Shown here in pieces: positions 35,094 through 47,991 of a DNA stretch of 64,000 bases. The position numbers were made by a program, and so were the translations under genes. The DNA comes from Azolla caroliniana (lineage: Eukaryota; Plantae; Polypodiophyta): positions 21,700,001-21,764,000 of the forward strand of contig JBHGNT010000006.1 in NCBI GenBank assembly GCA_043228905.1, in the 5' to 3' direction. The notes under the pieces were generated by a model, which did no database searches, had not been told where the DNA came from, and worked only from the letters and a program-made list of their open reading frames with translations. Within the stretch, counting starts at the first letter, position 1, and each line of letters begins with the position of its first letter.

Positions 35094-36818
35094 TGAAGAA
35101 TGGGTGTCCGGATGGTGTTACCCGTAAGAATATACGGGGAGGCATAAGGGTAGGTGTAATGATGTGGTTAATGTGTATGTGTAAAGTAAATGAGTGTGAG
35201 AGGATGAGTATGTGTACGGACACATGCACAATTATGTGCATGTGTACAAGAATGCGTAACGATCTTATTTATAACGGTCATGTAACCGTTACATTGAATA
35301 TATTATATAAACCCCTTATGGGCATGTAATGAAGGGAACTTTTTCCCTCTCATTTTGGTGTCGTTCTTATTTTCACTCTCTCCTTCTCTCTCTCTCTCTC
35401 TCTATGGTAACCCCCTCGGGAGGCAGGAGGGGGGTGAAACCATTCTAGGCTTCACCCCCCACCCATCAACACTTTTGGCACACCCGAACGGTCGACCCTC
35501 CCTTGAGAAGAAGTCTCTCACTCTCCCTCTCCATCAGCAATCTCTCTAGCTATCTCTCTAGCTCTCTACACCCCATCCCTCACCGTCATCAATGCTCTAC
35601 ACATGAGAAGCAACGTCAAGAGCTTCAAACTTGCGGGATACGGTGATGAATATATGCGAACCAGCTTGAGAATCAGACCTAGAGAGCTATACTTTTGTAC
35701 AAGAAGTAAGCGATCCGATGTTGCTGATGCATTAGATCAGAGCAGAAGAAAAAGTGGCCAAGGTCGACATGGATGGGAAGAAACTTCTGAAGAAAGGAGA
35801 TCCAAATAGTATGCAAGACATCATTAAAGATGTGATGCCAGAGGGGGTGCAGCGAGTGAATAAAAAACGATCGAAAACATGAGACTACATTTCGAATGGG
35901 AGAAGAAGAATCGAATGAATCGTCGAAAGCATGAGACTGCATTTCGAATGGGAGAAGAAGAATCAAATGAACTGTCGTCGTCTTAGTTGTAGAAGAAGAA
36001 GCCATAGCCAACTAGAAAGAAAGAGAGAGCCAAAGACCAACCCACACCTATGATGATGATGATGATGATGATGACGACGCTTCCTCTTCTATAGGAAGAA
36101 CGCTATGGATGTAAACTTTGGCCTCCTCTAAGTGCCCCTGATTCCCAAACCTGCATGTATAGTGGGGCAACGCAGAAGGAGTTGGAGCAGGAGGAGGAGC
36201 CATGGCGGCTGCCACTGCTAGTGGCCCAATAGATCGCACATCCCATGATAATATACCCCATAGCCGGATCAGATGAAGAGCTTGCTACTGCTCGCATGAA
36301 CATGGATCGAAGCACAAATGCACACTGACTCTGTTCCCATGCTCCATGTGCAGCGCAACAGAGTATCCGTTCTTAATCCCTACAACACCTCTTCCATTGC
36401 CGCCACTTCTTGGATCCATCGCCATTACTAATCCTCTCTTCATGCTCTTTTATTGTAGCTACTGTTCTCCCACTGCTGCCATGCCCTGTTTCAGAGTTTG
36501 CTTCCTATCTCGAATCTTTCTGCTTAACCTACACGCACCTGTTGAGGCCAAGTGAGATATGGCTATCCAATCTCATGGAGTGTGATCTTTGATGCATAAT
36601 TATCCCCACCTCCGGTCAAGATCAAGCTCAAGGTGAAGATGGGAAGGCAACAATCTGTCGTTCTATCCGATCTAGCATCCCCGCGATTACAAAGACTCTG
36701 GGATCAGTTGCGGATAACATTTTCCCCTACATATGGCTATAAGAGTGGAAGTTCTTTACACATGAGGAACTCAGAATAGAGTACATATTCGATCAGAACA
36801 TTCCCTCGTACCTTTTCA

Positions 36819-39800
36819 GTCATGGTTGCAACGGTTGAACCATGCCAAGGTGTTGGAAGCACGTTCGTTCAAGATGAAGTTCAATGATTTCGATTCCTAC
36901 AATTATCTCGAATGGCCACTGAATTGCGATGGCCAGCTGGACAGAGACATCCGACGGTGGTGTGGAGATGGCCACGGTCACAGACGGCCATAGGTAGAGC
37001 TGCACAAAGACATCCAAAGGTCACCCACATGTGCGGCCACAATTACGGCCGAGACGCACGGCCGAGAGTATGGCCGACATGCGTGGGCGAGAATGCGGGC
37101 GAGACGTGTGGCTGAGAGTACGGCCGAGATGCGGGGCTGAGAATGTGGCCGAGACACTTGGCTGAGAGTATGGTCGAGACGTGCGGCCATCAGTACGGCC
37201 AAGTGATGACCGAGAGATGGTTGGGCCGAGAATCGGCTAAGAGATCAGCGTTAGGCAAGAACCTACCAAGATACGGCCGACGTCTAACAGAGTGAACGAA
37301 CGACGATTGACAACCTACCAAGATACGGTCGACGTCTAACAGAGCGGACAATCGACGACCGACGGCGACAGAGCCAAAAAAACAGTTTGGAAGCCGTATA
37401 GAGCCGGCCGCCGAGAGATGGCCGAAGTTCGACAGGTGTCCGGAAAGACACAGCCGAATTGAGAGCATATTGTTCGAACAACCGCAGAACAGTGGCGGTC
37501 GAGCCGATGGCCGATAGAGTGCGACTACATAGCTCGTGTTCGAGACAGAAGGAAAAGAAGAAAGAAAGCTTCATCGACAATGAATACTCAAATAGGGTGC
37601 GCTTTCCCTAGCGAGAAGTTGGATTTAAACAACTTTGCATCTTGGGAGTACAAGATGCACCAATACCTTGTCAGCTAAGGCTATTGGAGCTACATCAAAG
37701 GAGCACAAGAAAATTGACCCGACCCGAAAGATGCCAACTACTCAACATGGGATCAAGCGGCAAGCCGAGTGATGTATTGCTTGGCGACATGTGTTCATGA
37801 TCACATGCTCGGCTACATTTGAGAAACCGTGACGCTGAAGGAAGCGTGGGAGAATCTACGAAAGATTTTCGCAGCCAACACAACCGCAAGAAAACTTCAA
37901 CTCCGCCAAGAGTTGAACAACATCCAAAAAAGGGATATGTCCATTAGAAGCTACACCTTAAAGATCAAGGAGCTTTGTGACTCATTTGGCTTAATAAGAA
38001 TCAATGTGGATAATGATAGGATGGTGCAAATATGCCTCGGCGGCCTTGCACCACGGTTCGGCGCAATGAGGACTGTCGTACTAGCAAGGGAGAATCCTCC
38101 CTCTTTCTTCGATCTTCTATCCATGTTGTTGGTTGAAGAAAACTACATTCGAACAAGGAGCAACGCCTCGGAAGACCACATGCTCTACACGCATTCAAAT
38201 AGAGGAAGAGGACGCGATCGAGCAAGAGGCCGATTCAGCCAAGCATGAGGCGGATGAGGTCCAACTCACGAAAACAACTCCCAATTTCGGCAACAAGATA
38301 GAAGCCATCAAGGAACCTTCAAAAGAAGGGGTAGCTTCCATTTCGGCCCGAGCCGACAAACCTCGATCGAATGCAGATATTGCGGCAAAATCGACGACCA
38401 TGAAGAAGAGTGCCGAAAGAAGATGCGTGAGTCGGCTTCCACTAGCTGACAACTCACCAATTACGCCACCAACTCCGACTATGACAATCATGGCGGAATG
38501 TTTGTGATGAGACATAGAGCAAATGTTATGTCAGCTTCTACTTCAACTAATGCCTCCGGTCCAGAAGATGTATGGTTCGTCGACTCCGGTGCTTCGAATC
38601 ATATGACGTCTCATCAAGAATGGTTTCGAGAACTTTGAGAACCGGACTGACCCGGCTATGTCGAAACCGGAGACGACACTACTCATCCGATTCCACACAT
38701 CGGCAATGTTCCATTCGGAAAAGAAGGAAACCAAACTTATGTTAAGAATTTCTTGCATGTACCTACCATTACGAAGAATTTGGTCTCCGTCGGCCAAATT
38801 GTTGAGCAAGGGATGCAAGTTCGATTTAATCAAGGTGGTTGTTTCATCGAGAAAGAGGGTTGACTCATCGCTCGCAGACGAAGAGAGGGCCGAATGTTCA
38901 TTCTCGACTTGCACGAGATGAAATCGCCCATGTTTGCAAAAGGCACCAAAGCCGACACCAACATAGAGTTGTGGCACAAGCGGCTTGGCCACATAAACCT
39001 CCAAAAGCTCAAGGCAATGCAATCAAAAGGAGTCTTCATCGAACTCCCGACCTTCCAAGAGAAAGAGATTGAAGGTGTATGTGCAGCTTGCCAATTCGGC
39101 AAGCAACATCGGCACCCATTTCCGACGGAAAGGAACGTGAGCAAAGGCGTACTCGGCGTAATTCATTCCGATATATGGGAGCCAACTCAGACGGCTACAT
39201 TCGGCGAATGCCGATACTACATGACCTTCATCGACGACTTCTCCAAGCACACCTAGATCTACCCCATGCGACAAAAGAGCGAAGTGTTCGGACACTTCCA
39301 AAAATTCAAGAGTGGAGTCGAAAAGGAAACAGGTTGACATGTACGATGTCTTCGGTCCGATGGAGGAAAAGAGTATTTCTCCGACGAATTTTCGGCTTTT
39401 CTTCATAAAGAAAGAATTCGGTGAGAGTTTTCGTGCCGACATACGCCACAACATAAGGGAGTAGCCAAACGAAAGAATCAGCACATCCTCGAAGTAGCAC
39501 GGGCCATGTTTAACGAGAAGCACATGCCGAAATCGTACCGGGCAGAAGCCGTCAACACAATTGTCTACCTAATGAACCAGTGTACAACATTCGGCGTGCA
39601 TGAGGTTACCCCACACGAGAAGTTTTTCGGAAAGAAGTCGGATCTATCACATGTTCGGATATTCGGCTCCATTGCATACATGCACATCCCCAATGAGAAG
39701 CAACAAAAGCTCAACCCGAAGTCGAAGAAATGTATCCTCGTAGGATACTCACTGGAGCAAAAGGGGTACAAGTGCTATAATCCCTCAACTCGGAAGTTTC

Positions 39801-42351
39801 GTGTGAGTCGAGATGTAGTCTTCGACAAATCGGCATCATGGTATGAACCTGAGCCGAATCCTCCGGAACCATTTCCAATCAACCTGGAATCTGTCAAACA
39901 AGAGATAGAAGATGGAGATCGTCGAACACATGTTCGAAGAAAGCCCGATTACGACAAGGCTTACTAGGCCACAAGAACCCATGAGTGACCAAAGCACATC
40001 TCGGCCTAGTTTGAAGATGGACAAAGGCAAGGCGAAAATGCCGGAATATGAAGACGATCACTTCGAGGGCAACGAATTGACTCACTCCCTCGAGAGTGAG
40101 TTCGGTGGCTTCGATGTACCTATCATGAGGACATCCGGCGTAAAGAAAGCCATTGTCACGGCAAACAAAAAACTCAGTCGCTCCACCCGTGAGAAGAATC
40201 ATGTTAGCCGATTCGGCTACAACGATTATATGGCATACCACTATGCCTTTATGATGAAGGTGGCGACAGTTCGAGAGCCGGAAAGTTTTTCAGAAGCAAC
40301 CAAGGATCCACGATGGGTCGAAGCAATGAACGAGGAGATGCGGGCACTATGCAAGAACGAGACATGGGATCTCGTTCCCCACTTGCCGCTCAAGAAGGCA
40401 ATCGGCTGTAGATGGATTTATAAGGTGAAGTATAATGTCGACGGCTCCGTCAACCGCTACAACGCTCAACTCGTAGCGAAAGGATACGCACAAACACATG
40501 GAGTCGACTATGAAGAGGCCTTTGTCCCAGTGGCAAAGATGACGACTGTGCGGACCGTGATCGTGCTCGCAATAGTGAAAGGGTGGCATCTCCACCAAAT
40601 GGACGTAAAGAACGTCTTTCTTCAAGGCGAATTAGAAGAGGAGGTGTACATGGTACAACCACCCGGTTTCGAATCCAACATTCATCCAAACGTTGTCTGC
40701 CAACTCAAGAAGCCTCTCTACGGCCTTAAGCAAGCACCACGTGCTTGGCATTCGAAGATAACGCAATATCTTCATCAAATCGGCTTTCTAATGTCGAAAT
40801 CCGAAAACTCCCTCTATGTACGAAACGACTCTAGAAGCCCGATTGTTATCATCCTATACATGGATGATCTGGTTATTGGAGGTGAGCATTTAGTCGACAT
40901 CAACAAGGTGAAGTCCCTCCTCTCCAACAAATTCGAGATGGCAGACATGAAGGAGCTCCATTACTTCCTTGGCATCGAGGTAATTCGGACTCCAACCGGC
41001 ATTATGTTCTCTCAATGACACTACATCCTTAACTTGCTATACAAGTTCGGGATGGCTGAGTGTAAATTTGTGGCAACCCCTCTCAATCGAAACCTCAAAC
41101 TAGATGCTGACTCCGGCACAGAAGAGTGCGAGCCGACTCAATATCGACAACTTAAATCAGGAGTCTCATCTACCTCATGATCACTCGACCCAACCTGAGT
41201 TATCCGGTCGGCCTCCTTGGCCAATTCATGCAAATTCCACGATATATCCATTTGGATTGTGCTAAGCGAGTATTACAATACGTGAGCGGCACAATGGATT
41301 GTGGTATTCTCTACGAATCGGCCACACCAATTCGACTCGAAGGGTACACGGATGCCGACTCGACCTCCAGATTTGTCTTCTCGCTTGGTAGCGGAGCAAT
41401 ATCTTGGAGTAGTAAGAAGCAGCCTATCGTCGCACTTTCGAGCACGGAGGCCGAATACAGGGGTGTAGTCGTGGTTGCATGTGAAGTCGTATGGCCCAAG
41501 AGGATTTTGAAGGATCTGGGCGTTCCCATCAAGGATCCAACTCCCCTTTACTACGACAACATGAGTATCTATCTTGCTCGAAACCCGGTATTCCATGCAC
41601 GCAATATCTATCACTTCATTCGAGAGCGCGTTTAGGCCGGAGATGTCAAGCTTCAACACATCAACACAAATCTTCAGACCACCGACATCTTCACAAAGGC
41701 CTTAGGAGCCGACAAGCTTCAGCAATTCATGTCAAACCTTGGATTGATGATCCATGACTTGCCAAGCTTGAGGGCGAATACAAGAGAGAACCGCATACCG
41801 TCCGAACCGGGTACGAGCCGAAGAGAACACCGGAGATTGTCCGAAGCAGACATCAACCGAAAGGAACCAACCCGAGTTGAGCTTGAGGGGGCGTGTTGAG
41901 AATCAAGCTCAACCTAGTGCAACGTGTGAACACACACCCTTTGAGAATCTATTATCACTCAAAGGTCAAGAGTCACACCACTACTCTCTACACATTAACT
42001 ATGTGTCATAGAATCATATTCTATGACACATAACTAATGAGTTCCATATTTCCCATGACTATGAGTCTTCACATTCCCCAAGAGAGAGTAGTTGTTGTAA
42101 TGCGTTAATGAAGAGAGAGGGTGACCTTATATAAAGCATCTTCCTCCTACTTCATATAGTGTCGGTTGTGACTCCTTGTAATGCCACATCTTGTATTTGC
42201 TATTCTCCTTGTTAATATACACCTTCTTGAGTACTTCATTTTTCTATCATCTATTCATCTTGTGTTTTATCTTCTCTCATCTCTTTCCTCTCACACATAC
42301 ACATAACACACATCTCTTCCGTTGCACAAGAATCATATCCGATTCTTTACA
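36819..42351 (+). mobile_element. Decayed Copia element H (A/E/Z group); 5' LTR and PBS missing, 3' LTR at 41894-42351
   Basis: gag from about 37590, WFVDSGAS at about 38573, integrase WHKRLGH/HSDIWE, RT QMDVKNVFLQG/LYMDDLV and RH. PPT GAGGGGGCG at 41885-41893. LTR TGTTGAGAATC...TTCTTTACA. Confidence 0.9.
36975..37520 (+). repeat. GGCCGAGA-type short repeats and a ~32-bp direct repeat in the 5' UTR of H
   Basis: Many (C/T)GGCCGAGA copies. ACCTACCAAGATACGG(C/T)CGACGTCTAACAGAG occurs at about 37261 and 37313. Confidence 0.75.
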
Positions 42352-42369
42352 CAAGTAGGTATATTGTAT

Positions 42370-43160
42370 GTACTTTATTGGTAATTGAGGGGTATTTTCG
42401 AAAAACAAGTCCCAAAGTGTTGGGGCGGAGATGAGTCTTGAATTGTATACGAAAAAGGAAGGATGGAGTGAAGATGATATGGCAACTAAAGTGTAATGAT
42501 AGTTGACATGGTAGCGACTTGGCAGGAATACATGGCATTATTGTTGATGTGGCAGACTGGTGTGACAACTGACATGGCACTATTATTGACTAAGTAGCAA
42601 CATTACTGGAAACAATTAGCAAGTGATGGCAACAACAATGAATGTGGTAGCTAAAGTGTCAGTGGCAGTTCGAGGAAGGCCCTCAACTCAAGTTGAAAGC
42701 ACTAGTTTCACGCTTTCCTTGAGGCTTGATGCTTTTAACGTGGAGTCGAGGAATTTTCCTCTCAAATTGAGGAAATCTCGTAATCCAAGGAAAAGTTCCT
42801 CAACAGGTCCACATGAAAAAGAGTTTTCCTTGCTTTGGAAAACTCCTCAACGCCAAAGGTAAAGGCATCAAGCCTCGAGGAAAGCACGTTACTCGAACTT
42901 TCAACTTGAGTCGAAGTCCTCGAGCCACCATATTCATTATTGTTGTTGTCGCCCGTTGATTGTTGTCGGCAACGTTGTTGCCACATCCGTAATAGTGACA
43001 CGTGTCAACTACCACATTAGCAATCATTACACTTTAATTGCCAAGTCATCTTCAGTCTGTCCTTCCTTTACCTTTACAATCCAAGACTCTACCCCTGCCC
43101 CTTCAAACACTTTGGGACTTATCTTCCCAAGATACCCCTCAATTACCAATAAGTCCAACA
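42370..43160. mobile_element. Foldback / MITE-like element with nested long inverted repeats
   Basis: Outer arms ~42375-42421 and ~43107-43155 (TTATTGGTAATTGAGGGGTAT...AAGTCCCAAAGTGTT and its reverse complement). Inner arms ~42683-42760 and ~42836-42918. No TSD resolved. Confidence 0.7.
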
Positions 43161-46100
43161 CTTTATGTAGTTTGCGTACATGCACACACACATCCCTACA
43201 TATGCTTATCCACATGCACACATATTCACATATTTACATACATATGCCTATACATAAAAACATATGAACTAATTGATATATATGCAAATATGCACATTTG
43301 TGCACTCACATACATGAAAGGTCTCGTTCATATGAGAATACTAAGAGTAAAGTTAACTTAATTCCCCAAAAGAAATCAAGTGTGGTATGATAATCTACAA
43401 CTACAAGTACTCGCAAACGACAACTCGAATCAACCCATCCTCTCTAGTTCAAGACCCCTAGGATTCCGCTCACATTTTAGACACATGTGCATAATTTCGC
43501 GACAATGCAGGTTGAACTAAAAGCGCAAGAGTGTGCAACCATCCAACACATGAAGGGGTGACTTACCAACCTTCCCCCGACGGCTTGCATACTTATTGTG
43601 TGTGTGTGTGTGTGTATGTGCGCACGCGTGTGTGTACACTCACATAAGACAAATATTATATATATGCTTATACCAATAAACTTTACACATTTTTAACACA
43701 TACACATTTGTATAAATATACATACATACATTACCCACGGGCCACATCAATATACATAACGCACATATATTAATTCATACATATACTCTTATCCATTAAC
43801 ATACACATATCCCTACACATACATGTGTTTACATAAACATTCATACAATCACATACATAAAGACAAGTTCACACTACTACACACATCCAATTTATAAAAA
43901 TACACATAACAACCAACATCGACACTAGACCTACAACGTTGCAAGGCTCCACACATGGGCCCTTTGCAACTCTTCTCGCTTACTCCCCCCCCCCCCCCCC
44001 CCCCTTCCTAACCCCAAAAAAAAGAGGGGGGGGGGAGGCACTAATAAGCAGTAAAGGAAAAGGTTGGGACTTTATGTTCCCAAATACCCCTCCCTTTTCC
44101 AATAATATAATAAAAGAAGACTTCTCTAAAATCCTAATTATACCCTTTCCCCTTCATAAAATTTATATACATATGCATACACACACACACACACATTTAT
44201 TGACCAAATCACATACACTTAAATATATGTATACATGCACTCACTTTATAGAATGTACATATACTACAAACACATGTAAGTACACACATGGTCTTACATA
44301 CAATAGAATCTCAACTATACACATACATGCTCATACATAGAATCTCAACTATACACATAAATAATTACATCATTACATGCATACATTCATGTGTATACCT
44401 ACACAATTGCACATCAAATACTTGTACACTTGCCCACACACACTTAAGCTAACTTAAACAATTATACTTATATGCACACATTTACGTAGAACAATCTATA
44501 TACACAAATGCACGTATGTGTAAATACACAAACTATTGATTGCATGTTTAGTTATGTATGTGCATGTTTATGCACGTGACTATCGGCTATTTGTGTATCC
44601 TTGCTTAAACCGAGGTCATAATGGTTAACACTTCACCAAAATGGGTCGAGCAATCAATACCAATATTGAGTTAGAGGCAAGAGATAATGGAATATATTTT
44701 ACACCTACATCTAGCTTGGAATGTTTTTTAATGGCCCAATTTCGCCAATAGGCATTACAAAAGTCTGGATTTACCAAGAGACTATGAAAAGTTGAGAAGG
44801 CTAGACAAATAAAAACTTGCATCCGAACATTGCGTCCACTTCCAGAGTGCAAGGGTTTTGCTCCCTATGTTTAATTTTAAAATGTCAAAACCCATGATCT
44901 CATCGTTTTTCTTTTATGAAATAATAATAATAATTTAACATGAGTTCACCCATTGTGTTCGCCTAATGCACACTCTTTTTTCTTTCTCGCCGTGATGTAA
45001 AAGAAAAATTAGAATTGCAAGAGATTTGAATGCATGTCTCTTAATGCTTGATTGATTTTGTATAAGATTTTTTTTAAGTCTTAAAATGGAACTTGAATTA
45101 ACCTAACTACCTTCATGTTTGTGATATTTCTTTAAATCGCCTACGGTGAACTTCCAAAGAGAGAAAAGGGGTATGATTCATGAATAGTGTATATAGTTGT
45201 GAATTAACATGCAATTGGGAAAATAGGATGAATTGACCAAATAATCACTCAAATACCACATATAGAGGCATGAGAGATTATTAAGCAATAGTATTTTCGA
45301 AATAAAAACACATAATTAAAATAAATAAAAATTTTGCCGACCATAAGAGTTTTTTCATCATAGAGTTCTTTTTTATTACAAAAACAAAACGCGTGTTGAG
45401 CACAGTGAGGCAATCATCAACTATATTTCTTTTTCTCTTTTTCAAATTATTGCTATTTAGTGTCTCGCTTCATTGTTTGCCAGAATGACACACTTAGCGT
45501 TATGATTAGTAGATGGCTTGTTAATGTTTTTATTAGGAGAAGGCATGGTTGGACATGGAATGTAACAGCATGTCATGAATATGTATGATGATCTCCATAG
45601 ACGGCAATATGGCTAGGAGAAAGCGTAGTTGCACATGGAATAGACAAATATAGAGATGGTCATCAATGTGTCACGAGTGGATTTGTCATGGGTGGTTATT
45701 GGATCAACCAACCACTTGATCGCCAAATGAATATACTCATGATGTACATGGAGTAAAAATATGAGGTTCTAGCCTAGATACCCAAAATAGACTTATGTGG
45801 TTGGAGATGGATGGAGAGGTTAATAGTATTGACAATCTTAGCTTCCAAGACCTTGGTGTCCATGAAATCAAAAGACGACATCGTTGAACTCATGGAAGGT
45901 AAAGTAGGACTAGTTGGAAAGCTTCTCGTTTGTTTTGGGAATGTTTCTTAGTCTAATTGATGTTAACTCAAAGGTTTTCCGAGACCTCTCTATAGAGTTG
46001 ACTAATGAATCAATCAAATTTCCTCTCTTGGGTCTTCCCATAAAATATAAAAAAAACCTTAAGACTTTTCCCAAATAACCATGACGTTTTGGTTTATTCA

Positions 46101-47155
46101 AGTATTACTATATAATTGTCTACCTTAGAGTTTTCCCAAATGAAATAATCATGACATTTTGAATCCGTTGGATGTTTGGTTAACTTTTTTGTATGCATTG
46201 GTATGCACGATTGATCCTTGAGACTTCGTGATCGTTGTCATGGTGAAGGATTCTTCACATGGTGTTTACCTAGATGATTTCATGTTTTTAATACACTTGA
46301 CACACTTTAGTTATCAACAAGGTCATTAAAAATCATGAGAGCTTGGCTAGAGCCCTCTTTCATACTAGGGAGAGAGTGAATGTTATGTGGAATGTCTTGT
46401 TTGCATCATGGAGATTTGCAACCCGGCTCATCTTATCTCATAAGCTTAGACATGCATACACATACTTCCTCCCATATTCAAGAAATATAGAGGCAACCCA
46501 AAAGACACAAAATGTCTCAAAATGATAAGTGAGAGATTCTCAACCTATTATGAACTTAATAGGGTGTTTCTTATAATCATTTTAGATAGCATTTTGGACT
46601 CGTGGATGTGAATTGAGGATTGTTATGAATCATGATCGAACAGGCTTGGGACTCCATCTACAATAGAGTCCTAGACGTACAAAGATTCTTGCCTTGAGAA
46701 ATGGACCTTTTCTCATGGATGAACACAATGATAGATCAAAGATTTCTTCAAAGGAACGACTCACAAAGACTCATGTTCAATCAAGTTTCGCGCTTGATGG
46801 GCACCTCCGCATTGCCTTTCAATGAGACTTGATGGACCCAAGTGATGTAGTCCGATTTATCTTGGGCGACATCAAATGGATGACAAACACAATGGTCGGT
46901 CGAGTGTTTTTTTTGTTTCTCCTATATTTTCAAACATTGTATAGGGCAGGGGGCGTCACTCATCGATATGATGCAAGCATTGTATAGGGTGTGGAGCATG
47001 GGCGAGTCTCGGCCCCCTGTCTCTCCATGTTCGATCTTGATGCAGATGGCACGCAGGATCTGTCGAGGGCGCGTTCGTTTGGTCTCGGTGCATTTCTCAG
47101 GCGAGCGAGCTTTTACGAGACGATACATATGTCCCATGGGTTTGGTTTGGTCCGT

Positions 47156-47942
47156 GAAGAGAGAGAAAGAGAGAGACACACACAGAGTGAAGAGAGAGAG
47201 AGAGACACATACACACAGAGTGAAGAGAGAGAGAGACACACACACACAGAGTGAAGAGAGAGAGACACACACACACAGAGTGAAGAGAGAGAGAGAGAGA
47301 GAGAGAGAGAAGAACAGAAGGGTTTTAGGACACAGAAAGAGAGAGAGAGAGAGATCCTTTTGCAGCTTTTGGGTTTTTTTTGTTTTTCAATTTAGCTACC
47401 CTGTTCTTCTCAGATATGTAGAGAGAGAAGAAGAAGAGAGAAGAAGGACAGAGAGAGAGAGAGAGTAGAGAGAGAGTGCATTGAGGTGTTGCTTCAGTAA
47501 CCTGTTCTTGTTCCTCAGAGAAAGAGAGAGAAGAAGAAGAGAGAACAGGGGAAGAGAGAGAAGACAGAGAGAGAGAGAGAGAAGAAGAAGAAGAGAGCAC
47601 AGGGGAAGAGAGAGAAGACAGAGAGAGAGAGAGAGAAGAAGAAGAGAGAACAGGGGAAGAGAGAGAAGACAGAGAGAGAGAGAAGAAGAAGGAGAGAGAA
47701 CAGGGGAAGAGAGAGAAGAAGGAGAGAGAACAGGGGAAGAGAGTGAAGACAGAGAGAGAAGAAGAAGAGAGAACAGGGGAAGAGAGAGAGAAGAGAGAGA
47801 GAAAGCATTTGGAGTTGTTTTGCTACACTGTCGTTCCTCAGAAAGAGATAGAGAAACGCAGAGAAGTGAGAGAGAGAGAGAGAGAGAGAGATCGAGCATT
47901 TCTGGTGATTTTGCTTCTCTGTTTCTGTTTCTGTGTCTGTCT

Positions 47943-47976
<34 letters not shown>
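47156..47976 (+). repeat. GA-rich compound tandem repeats immediately upstream of the glycosylase gene
   Basis: Arrays of GTGAAGAGAGAGAGAGACACACACACAGA units (47152-47310) and GAAGAAGAGAGAACAGGGGAAGAGAG units (47525-47800), plus (GA)n tracts. Confidence 0.9.
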
Positions 47977-47980
<4 letters not shown>

Positions 47981-47991
47981 AGTAAGTAGCT

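Noticed and set aside
43984-44036. Poly-C/poly-G tract with hairpin or G4 potential
   Set aside because: Simple homopolymers in low-complexity CA/TA-rich DNA with no supporting context, and lengths are unreliable.
45850-46900. Possible very old Gypsy integrase remnant (GPF-like LALRNGPFL near 46690)
   Set aside because: Too degenerate to support without a profile search.
46922-47981. ORFs rich in ER/RE or SL repeats
   Set aside because: Translations of GA/CT microsatellites.
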